Positions 50,784 through 58,112 of a stretch of 58,112 nucleotides of DNA are shown here, in pieces (position 1 is the stretch's first letter; every line of letters starts with the position of its first letter). The DNA is taken from the NCBI GenBank assembly GCA_022767485.1, contig JALEMY010000089.1, forward strand, positions 1 to 58,112, written 5' to 3'. The DNA comes from Erysipelotrichaceae bacterium. GTDB taxonomy: Bacteria; Bacillota_I; Bacilli_A; RFN20; CAG-631. A model generated the notes under the pieces. The model was not told the DNA's origin and made no database searches. It saw only the letters and a program-made list of their open reading frames with translations. Position numbers and translations under genes: made by a program.

Positions 50784-53195
50784 TTAATTCCTTATAATTG
50801 CATCAAAGTCATGTTGACATGATGCATAAACTTTATTAAATAATTCATTTACAGTAGCATCAACTAAAGTCTTATTTAAATCTACAAATGTAAGGGTAAA
50901 AGCCACCGATTTATAACCTTTTGCAACATGTTCACCTTGGTAAACATCAAATACTTCAATCTTATTTAAAAGTGGTCCTCCAGCTTTTTTCATACTCTTA
51001 CAAAGCATTGATATAGTGACATCTTCTTTTACAACTAAAGCTATATCACGACTTACAGATGGGAATTTTGAAACACTATTATATTTAGCTTTAGAAGTTT
51101 TAATCTTTAAAAATTGACTTAAATCAATTTCACAATAAACTGTTTCATCAATTCCTTCACGTTTTAATGTTAATGGATGAATCATACCAATAATACCAAC
51201 ATTTGCTCCATTTACTTTTAATAAAGCACTTTTTCCTGGATGGAAAACATTTTGTTTATTATACGCTTTACTAATAGGTTCAAAACTATATCGGTTACTA
51301 TCAATTCCAAATAAGGCTAGTAATCCTTCAACAATTCCTTTCATCATGTAAAAGTCCACATTTTTATTGCTAGACCATTTAGTTTCGTTTAAATGATTAG
51401 AAATAGCGATTGCAAGTTTTTCTTTTCCTTCAAGATTTTCATTAGTATAAACATTAGATATTTCATAAATTGCAACATCTTTATATCCACGAGTTTGATT
51501 GTATGCGATTGTTTGAAGCATAGAACATATCATGTTTTTACGCAAATATTGTTTTTCAACTGTTAGTGGATGAGGAAGAACAATATAGGAATCATCATCA
51601 AACACACCATAATAATTAGCTTGTTCTTTATTAATTAAAGTATAAGATAAAGTATTATGTAATCCTAAATCAAGCAAGTAATTATTGATTTTTCTTTTAG
51701 CTAAATGAATTTCATCTAAGCCGATATCTTTAGTTTCAATACTAGCCATTTGATAAGGGATAGTATCAAATCCGATAAGTCTTACTACTTCCTCTACAAT
51801 ATCTTCTTTAATTGTTATATCATTACGATAACTAGGAACATTAATAACAAAGTGTTCATTTGAAAGATTATAAGCAAAATCTAAGCGTCTTAAAACATTT
51901 TCAACATCTAAAGTAGAATAATTACTTCCAAGACGTGTGTTAATAAAAGATAAATCAATATCGATAACCTTTTCTTTTAAATTTCGCTTATCATATTCAT
52001 ATGGTAAAGAAACATAAGACGCATCTGCATATTTTACAAGTAAAGCACATGCCATATCACTAGCTTTAATTGCATTATACTTGTCGACAGCGTTTTTTGA
52101 ATAATTTGTCGCAGCAACAGTCATAATTCCATATTTCTTACAAGAATTCATAATTGTTGTGCCATCAAATAAGGCAACTTCTAAAGCGATAGTTGAAGTA
52201 TCATTTAAAATCATAGTAGATGCACTACCAATAACACCAGCAATACATGCTACTTCATCATTATTAGTGATAACTAAATCGCCATTTGATATTTCATATT
52301 CTTTATCATCAAGTGCACGCGTAATGCAATTAACATTATCTTTAACAACAAATTTTTTAGATTTAACACGTGAAGCATCATACATATGCAATGGTTGACC
52401 AGTTAATAATGTAACATAATTGCCAATATCGACAACGTTATTGATACATTTTATACCATGTTTAGCTAATATTGCTTGCATGAATTTAGGAGAAGGTTTT
52501 ATTTTAACACCTTTAATTGTGCTCATTGAAAAATATGAGCATAAAGGAGTTTCACTATCAGAAGTGTATTCACTAACACCTTATCGTTTAACATCAAAAT
52601 CTAAATTATTTATTACTTTTCTATCTAAAATTGCCGCTACTTCTTTAAAGAAATGATATAAGCCTAAAGCATCACTACGATTTGGTGTTATTGAAACATC
52701 AATTATAGTATCATCTAAATTTAAATATCCTAACGGATCATTATAGCCAACAGGTGCAGAAGCATCCAATTCTTCAATGCCATTTTTTTGAGCATCTGTT
52801 AAAATATCTTCACTTACACCAAGTTCAAGTAAAGAACATAGCATACCATTTGATTCAACACCGCGAATTTCGCCTTTTGAAATAATTATTCCTTTTGCAG
52901 GCAAATTTGCTCCAGGTAAAGCAACGATAACTTTCAATCCCTTACGACAATTTGGTGCTCCACAAACAATTTGTAAAGTTTCACTTCCAATAGATGTTTT
53001 AGTAATGTGAAGATGATCAGAATTAGGATGATCTATGCATTCTAAAACTTCTCCAATGACAAGATTACTACCTGAAGACATAGGATGTACACCTTCAATT
53101 TCAAAACCAGCAAGTGATAATTTGTCACAAATATCTTCAATAGATAAATCTTTTAAATCAACATATTCACTTAATAACTTATAAGATACTAACAT
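50784..53195 (-). pseudogene. pheT: Phenylalanyl-tRNA synthetase beta subunit, interrupted by one in-frame TAA (52583-52581)
   Basis: ORFs 52581..53195 (the N-terminal tRNA-binding OB domain) and 50784..52526 (B3/4, B5, core and anticodon-binding domains) are in the same frame. Read-through gives ..DFDVKR*GVSEYTSDSETPLCSYFSMSTIKGVKIKPSP... The gene follows pheS. Confidence 0.85.
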
Positions 53196-53204
53196 TTATA
53201 TCAC

Positions 53205-54245
53205 CTATCTTTCTTTTACAAATTGAGAAATAACTCTTAAATCATTATTATAAAGTTGACGAATATCATCAAAACCATATTTAAGCATAGTAATTCTATC
53301 AACCCCAAATCCAATTGCATAACCAGAATAAACATCTGGATCATATCCTGACATTTTTAATACATTAGGATGAACCATACCAGCACCTAAAATTTCAATC
53401 CAGCCAGTTCCTTTACATATTGGACAAGTTTGTTTATTTTTACATGCGCAGCTAACATCAACTTCAACACTAGGTTCAGTAAATGGGAAATATGAAGATC
53501 TTAAGCGAATGCTTCTTTTTTCACCAAACATCTTCTTAGCAACTAAATCTAATGTCTGCTTTAAATTAGCAAGCGAAACATCTTTACCAACGACCAATGT
53601 CTCGATTTGCATAAATTGGTGTGAATGTGTAGCATCATCATCATCACGACGATATACTTTACCAGGGCAAATAATTTTAAGTGGAGTTTTTAAAGTGTTT
53701 GCTTGCATTGCACGAGCTTGAAGACCTGAAGTTTGAGTTCTAAGAAGCAATTCAGGAGTGATATAAAATGTATCTTGCATAGCTCTTGCAGGATGATCTA
53801 AAGGAATATTTAAATATTCAAAATTAAATTTATCTGTTTCAACTTCTGGACCTTCAACAACACTATATCCTAAAGGTAAAAAGATATCTATAATTTCATC
53901 AACAACGATATTCATTGGGTGCTTACTACCAGAATGATAATTATATCCTGGAAGAGTCACATCGATTCTTTCACTTTGAAGTTTTTCTTCAAGTTCTTTT
54001 TCCTGTAGTGTTTTTTGTTTATTTTCAATTAAATTAGTAATAAATTTTTTGGCTTCATTAATTAAATTACCCATTGCAGGTTTTTCTTCATTTGGAACAT
54101 TTTTAAGTTCACTCATAAATGAAGACATTTTCCCTTTTTTAGATAAAAATTCATTTTTGATTTCTAAAAGAGTTGCAGTATCATTTGCATTATCAACTTT
54201 CAACTTTACTTCTTCTTTTAATTCATTCAATTTATCAACTAGCAT
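53205..54245 (-). CDS. pheS: Phenylalanyl-tRNA synthetase alpha subunit
   Basis: Motifs HPARAMQDTFY, FPFTEPS and GFGVDRITMLKYG. Confidence 0.97.
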   Translation of the reverse strand: MLVDKLNELKEEVKLKVDNANDTATLLEIKNEFLSKKGKMSSFMSELKNVPNEEKPAMGNLINEAKKFITNLIENKQKTLQEKELEEKLQSERIDVTLPGYNYHSGSKHPMNIVVDEIIDIFLPLGYSVVEGPEVETDKFNFEYLNIPLDHPARAMQDTFYITPELLLRTQTSGLQARAMQANTLKTPLKIICPGKVYRRDDDDATHSHQFMQIETLVVGKDVSLANLKQTLDLVAKKMFGEKRSIRLRSSYFPFTEPSVEVDVSCACKNKQTCPICKGTGWIEILGAGMVHPNVLKMSGYDPDVYSGYAIGFGVDRITMLKYGFDDIRQLYNNDLRVISQFVKER

Positions 54246-54452
54246 AAATTTTTCCCCCTAAAAATAAAAACGTCCTTAAAATCTAAGGACGTAAATTACG
54301 CGGTACCACCTTAGTTCATAACATAAAGTTATGCACTTAATTTATTAAAAAGTAGCTCAAATGGTGAATTCATTAGACTTTCTATAAATTAGCTTTCAGC
54401 CATGACTAATTCTCTCTTAATATTCCATCTAACCATGTCCATCGTCAATGCC
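54246..54452 (-). promoter_or_regulatory. T-box riboswitch leader (Phe, UUC specifier) with terminator; TATAAT -10 at 54459-54464
   Basis: The minus strand carries an AGAGAG stem-I element, GAA-UUC-A in the specifier position (54368-54366) and the conserved T-box AAGGTGGTACCGCG (54299-54312). The terminator is ACGTCCTTA-loop-TAAGGACGT followed by a T-run (54271-54291). Confidence 0.88.
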
Positions 54453-54506
54453 AAATGTATTATACTTTTTTTTATTAAAAAAAACAAGAAAAAACAAAAG
54501 TATCAA

Positions 54507-55250
54507 TCATTTTTTTAAAGAATCAAAATAATAAAGCATTATGGAAGTTGCCACTCCAACATTTAAAGAATCAATTGCATTTGAATGCATAATTTTTATA
54601 TTATAATCGCTTATATCTTGAATGTGTTTACTTACACCACTACCTTCATTACCAACAACTAATGCATATTTACCAATTTTTTTAACATCTTTTAAATTGA
54701 TGCTTCTATCGCTTAATGTTGAAGCATAGACTTTTACATTATTATTTTGTAATTTTAATATCGTATCTGATAACGATGCATAAATAATTTTACATTTTAA
54801 AATGGCTCCTTGAGATGAACGAATAACTTTTTCATTATAAATATCAACAGAACCATTTTCTAAAATAATCATATCGACATTAAATGCTAAAGCCGTACGA
54901 ATAATAGTACCCATATTTCCAGGATCTGCTACTTTATCACAAAGTAAATATGATGACAAACCATCATTAAATGAATAATTTTGCTTATTAACAATAGCAA
55001 TTATTCCTTGTGGAGCTTGCACAAAAGATAACTTTTTCAAGACATTTTCACTAACATAATATACCGTTGCTTTATCATTTACATAATTTAAATCTGTCGT
55101 AAAAATGCATTCGATGTCTGTGGCCATCGATATTAAATGTTCACCTTCAATTAAATATTTTTTTTCAATATCACGATATTTTTTTTCTTTTAAAGAATTG
55201 GCATATAATACCATTTTGTTGTTTAAAGATGTAATTAACATTGTTAGCAC
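54507..55250 (-). CDS. SpoU/TrmH-family RNA 2'-O-methyltransferase (YsgA-like)
   Basis: Motifs DPGNMGTIIRTA, LVVGNEGSGVS and SLNVGVATSIMLY; upstream of pheST, like B. subtilis ysgA. Confidence 0.85.
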   Translation of the reverse strand: MLTMLITSLNNKMVLYANSLKEKKYRDIEKKYLIEGEHLISMATDIECIFTTDLNYVNDKATVYYVSENVLKKLSFVQAPQGIIAIVNKQNYSFNDGLSSYLLCDKVADPGNMGTIIRTALAFNVDMIILENGSVDIYNEKVIRSSQGAILKCKIIYASLSDTILKLQNNNVKVYASTLSDRSINLKDVKKIGKYALVVGNEGSGVSKHIQDISDYNIKIMHSNAIDSLNVGVATSIMLYYFDSLKK

Positions 55251-55893
55251 TCCTTTAACTTTTTAACTATCATTTTATAATTTGGACAATATTTTTCCAC
55301 AACTTTATAAAAATTTTTTGAATGATTAAACTGTAAAATATGAGATAACTCATGAATTATTATATAGTCGAAAACATCTTCTGGTAAAAACATACATTCA
55401 TAGGCATACTCTATCACATTTTTTCTTTTAAAATAACAGCCCCATTTTGTTTTAACTTCTTTAACTATACTTTAGGGCAAATACTTTCTAACTTCATCAT
55501 ATTAAAGAAATAATTTGTTTTATTTGTGGCATATTCTAACAATTTATTTTTAAAAAGAATTTTAATTTGACTTCGTAAATCATCATTATCGTTAAGAAAG
55601 ATATAATGATTTGAAATTCTAGGGGATGAAATAGTCGATTTTACTATATATTTTTCCTTTAAAATAACAATTTCATCATCGAAATGAATCGTTCTTTTTT
55701 CATCTTTTTTTTGTTGTTTTAAAATTTGTTTTTCAATAAACTCTTTGTTTTGTAAAACAAAATTTTCAATATATGCTTTACTTGTATGTAAAGGAGCGCT
55801 AATAATAACTTCCTTGTTAACAACCCTAAGATGTAATAATTTAATCTTTTTATAAAATATTTTCACTTTCATTTTTTTTACCCTTATCATCAT
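55244..55893 (-). pseudogene. YgjP/DUF45-family (M48-like, HExxH) metal-dependent hydrolase, frameshifted
   Basis: The N-terminal 142 aa are in one frame and stop at 55467-55465. My translation of the next frame from about 55471 gives IVKEVKTKWGCYFKRKNVIEYAYECMFLPEDVFDYIIIHELSHILQFNHSKNFYKVVEKYCPNYK, ending at 55244. Confidence 0.75.
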
Positions 55894-55920
55894 AACAAAA
55901 AATGGCTAAAAATTAAAGAA

Positions 55921-56721
55921 TTAATTTAGCCAAATACTTGTCGATATAGGAATTAAATCAAATAAATACTTTGAATCATCAAATGAATATCTAACACAAC
56001 CATTTGATACTCTTTGCTTTATTCTATCATCCAACACTTGTTTATCTAATGAATAAGGAAATGAATGAAGCAAATAACTACCACTATATTGTAAATAGTT
56101 ATAGCAAATATAAGTGTTATCTCTACTATAAAAATGGGTATCTTTACTTTCTATTTCATAAAGTCCTCTTTTAGTTGGGGTAATATTAGCTCCTGTTGAA
56201 CACAAAAGTCTATTATACATTTTAAAGTAATTATTATCTTTTTTTAAAATGTAAGTTTCATTTCGATAAATATCGACCCAAATAAAATAATCACTTTTGG
56301 ACATAAAACCATTATAATTGACATATAATTCAATTTCTTCATCGCTTAATTTATCTACATTTATCTCTTCATTTTCAAGTATTGTAACATAATAGTTTGA
56401 ATACCAATGGTCTTTTTCATCATAATATATACAATAATCTTTACCATTTTGTTTATCTTCTTTAACTTCACCAATATACGTTTTTCCATTTATTTCAACC
56501 ATTCCATAAACGATATATGGTATTACTTTTTTACTAACCATTTCATATTTTTTTTCATAATTGTTTTCACTTATAGATGTCATTTCATCACTTATACTTT
56601 CATCACTTAATTTATATTGATCTTGAAAAGGAAATATAACAAATATCATTAGAATTGATAAGGTTATCATCGTAATGATTGTTAAATATTTTAATGTTGC
56701 TTCTTTTTTATTCATAAGCAT
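55921..56721 (-). CDS. L,D-transpeptidase (YkuD domain) with an N-terminal membrane anchor
   Basis: The C-terminal domain carries LLHSFPY...SNGCVRY, the His/Cys catalytic motif of YkuD-type enzymes. Confidence 0.8.
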   Translation of the reverse strand: MLMNKKEATLKYLTIITMITLSILMIFVIFPFQDQYKLSDESISDEMTSISENNYEKKYEMVSKKVIPYIVYGMVEINGKTYIGEVKEDKQNGKDYCIYYDEKDHWYSNYYVTILENEEINVDKLSDEEIELYVNYNGFMSKSDYFIWVDIYRNETYILKKDNNYFKMYNRLLCSTGANITPTKRGLYEIESKDTHFYSRDNTYICYNYLQYSGSYLLHSFPYSLDKQVLDDRIKQRVSNGCVRYSFDDSKYLFDLIPISTSIWLN

Positions 56722-57343
56722 ATACCTTATTTAAAGACTTAAAAGCAAAAACTGCTAAAACGCTACCTATTAATGGACCAATAAAAAATATATAAAGTTG
56801 TGATAAAGCATTATAATTATCAGATAATGTTTGTAATAAAGAAGTTGATAAAGATCTTGCAAAATCGATTGATGTTGCAGTAAATGGTGCTCCAATTAAT
56901 ATAAGAACAAAATAAATAAGTGAAAGATAAAAGTTACTATTTTTATTGTTTGATAAAATCAATAAAGATAAAATAAAAATAAAAGTTAGAAGGCTTTCGA
57001 TTATTATTGCCACTATTGAGGCACTAGCAAAGTTATAATTAATAAGTAATAAATCGCTTATTTCATTAGATCCTAAATAAGAAAAACTTCCCATAAATAA
57101 TGCGATGAATAAAGAGCCTATAAAACTACCAATAAGTTGAAAACAAATATAAATCATACTCTCTTTAAATGACATCTTTTTTAAAAACATATAAGACAAT
57201 GAAATAAATGGATTTAATTGCGGTTTATAAAACATAGAAAACATTTCATATAAAATATATAAAGTAAGTCCAAATGTTAAAGAAGATATCAATATATTCT
57301 TTGATGTAATCAAACTTATACAACCAAATAATGTTAAACACAT
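56708..57343 (-). CDS. Divergent MIP/aquaporin-family channel; the true start is probably upstream, near 57379
   Basis: 6-TM layout with QLNPFISL in place of the first NPA box and SIDFARSL in place of the second. The in-frame upstream sequence KKYFFELIGS resembles an MIP helix 1, and AAAGGAGG lies at 57394-57387. Confidence 0.6.
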   Translation of the reverse strand: MCLTLFGCISLITSKNILISSLTFGLTLYILYEMFSMFYKPQLNPFISLSYMFLKKMSFKESMIYICFQLIGSFIGSLFIALFMGSFSYLGSNEISDLLLINYNFASASIVAIIIESLLTFIFILSLLILSNNKNSNFYLSLIYFVLILIGAPFTATSIDFARSLSTSLLQTLSDNYNALSQLYIFFIGPLIGSVLAVFAFKSLNKVYAYE

Positions 57344-57413
57344 TGAACCAATAAGTTCAAAAAAATATTTTTTAAATATTATTAATCCTCCTTTAATAAT
57401 ATTTTTACCAAAG

Positions 57414-57450
57414 CAAAAAAAAATATACTTATAGTTACCTATAAATATAT
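57414..57450 (-). terminator. Terminator after rpsO
   Basis: AT-rich 12-bp hairpin (ATATATTTATAG-GTAA-CTATAAGTATAT on the minus strand, one mismatch) followed by T9. Confidence 0.5.
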
Positions 57451-57468
57451 TTTTAATAGCTTATAAAA

Positions 57469-57735
57469 TTAACCACGAATTCCAAGTTTTTTAATTAATG
57501 TAGTATAACGATTATAATCAGTTCTTTCAAGATATGAAAGAAGTGAACGTCTTTGAGCAACAAGTCTTAATAATCCACGAGAATTGTGGTGATCATTTTG
57601 ATGAGTTTTAACATGTTCAGTTAAATATTTAATTCTAGCTGTTAAAATAGCAACTTGAACTTCAGTAGAACCTGTATCTTTTTCATCACGACCATATTCT
57701 TTAACGATTGCAGCTACATTTTCTTTAGTTAACAT
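57469..57735 (-). CDS. rpsO: 30S ribosomal protein S15
   Basis: 88 aa; motifs [21 protein letters not shown] and the C-terminal LGIRG. Confidence 0.97.
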   Translation of the reverse strand: MLTKENVAAIVKEYGRDEKDTGSTEVQVAILTARIKYLTEHVKTHQNDHHNSRGLLRLVAQRRSLLSYLERTDYNRYTTLIKKLGIRG

Positions 57736-57853
57736 ATAATTTCCTCCTATAATATTTAAAGGCGTAAACTATGAATACAATTGGAGAATTTGTACTCTTG
57801 GTAAACGTCTAGTTGATTATATCATTAATACGTTTAATATTCAAGGTTTTCTT

Positions 57854-58102
57854 TTAAAAAATCATTGAAAATTCAAGTGCCATAAAAAACACAGATAATA
57901 CCAAGCCAACAAGTGAAAAAAATATACTTTTATCGATTCTTTCATTATTAAGACTACTACTTTTATTCTTAATAAATATTGTGTAAATTAGACAAGGAAT
58001 AGCAAAAAATATACCCATTCCAAAGATAAATGATGTAATGATGCTAACTATGCTTAGATAATACGCTTGATTAAAATAAGTTTGATTTGTTATTATTTCC
58101 AT
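57854..58102 (-). CDS. Small two-TM membrane protein of unknown function
   Basis: 82-aa ORF with two hydrophobic helices. No recognisable family. Confidence 0.4.
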   Translation of the reverse strand: MEIITNQTYFNQAYYLSIVSIITSFIFGMGIFFAIPCLIYTIFIKNKSSSLNNERIDKSIFFSLVGLVLSVFFMALEFSMIF

Positions 58103-58112
58103 AATTTTACCT

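Noticed and set aside
52581-52583. The idea that the in-frame TAA in pheT reflects an alternative genetic code, either TAA reassigned or a Mollicutes-type code.
   Set aside because: TAA terminates many well-defined genes in the window (ftsZ, sigK, parC, yneF and others). Long conserved proteins are also uninterrupted under the standard bacterial code, so no global recoding is needed.
1-58112. A search for CRISPR arrays, tRNA/rRNA genes, transposases, integrases, toxin-antitoxin pairs or defence-island genes.
   Set aside because: No regularly spaced direct repeats and no GC-rich tRNA-like segments were seen. Every ORF longer than 100 aa is accounted for by a housekeeping, sporulation, envelope or surface-protein assignment.

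Overview
This is a very AT-rich, densely packed run of about 55 housekeeping, cell-envelope and sporulation genes from an endospore-forming low-GC Firmicute. The taxon is an inference from gene content; a reduced Bacillus/Erysipelotrichia-like genome fits best. About 50 genes lie on the minus strand, and many start and stop codons overlap.

The gene order is a mosaic of blocks known from Bacillus subtilis:
- class B PBP-murE-mraY-murD-ftsW/spoVE-murG-murB-ftsA-ftsZ-spoIIGA-sigE (1-12 kb)
- nusB-xseA-xseB-dxs-tlyA-recN-spoIVB-spo0A (14-22 kb)
- yqeG-yqeH-yhbY-nadD/yqeK-rsfS-mtnN (26-30 kb)
- sigK, then parE-parC and plsY (30-37 kb)
- yneF ... tkt (37-41 kb)
- apt-relA-hisS-aspS (41-47 kb)
- mraZ-rsmH-(ftsL-like) (47-49 kb)
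- rpmF, malQ, then trmH-like, T-box, pheS-pheT (49-55 kb)
- rpsO (57 kb)

Non-core insertions:
- a roughly 1,300-aa BspA-type leucine-rich-repeat lipoprotein
- an M6/InhA-like lipoprotein metalloprotease
- two orphan membrane proteins
- an L,D-transpeptidase
- a divergent MIP-like channel

I saw no tRNA or rRNA genes, CRISPR array, transposase, integrase, phage genes or recognisable defence genes. I cannot point to a convincing new multi-gene system, and the window reads as core chromosome.

The observations most worth a second look:
- an in-frame TAA inside essential pheT
- a 290-bp intergenic cluster of four copies of a 14-nt hairpin-forming motif, with a candidate small RNA
- an FtsA homologue that has lost the nucleotide-binding glycine motifs, in a dcw cluster with no divIB/ftsQ
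- a MurE lacking the N-terminal domain
- a frameshifted ygjP-like gene
- an MIP-family protein with degenerate NPA boxes and no ATG at its Shine-Dalgarno (SD) site
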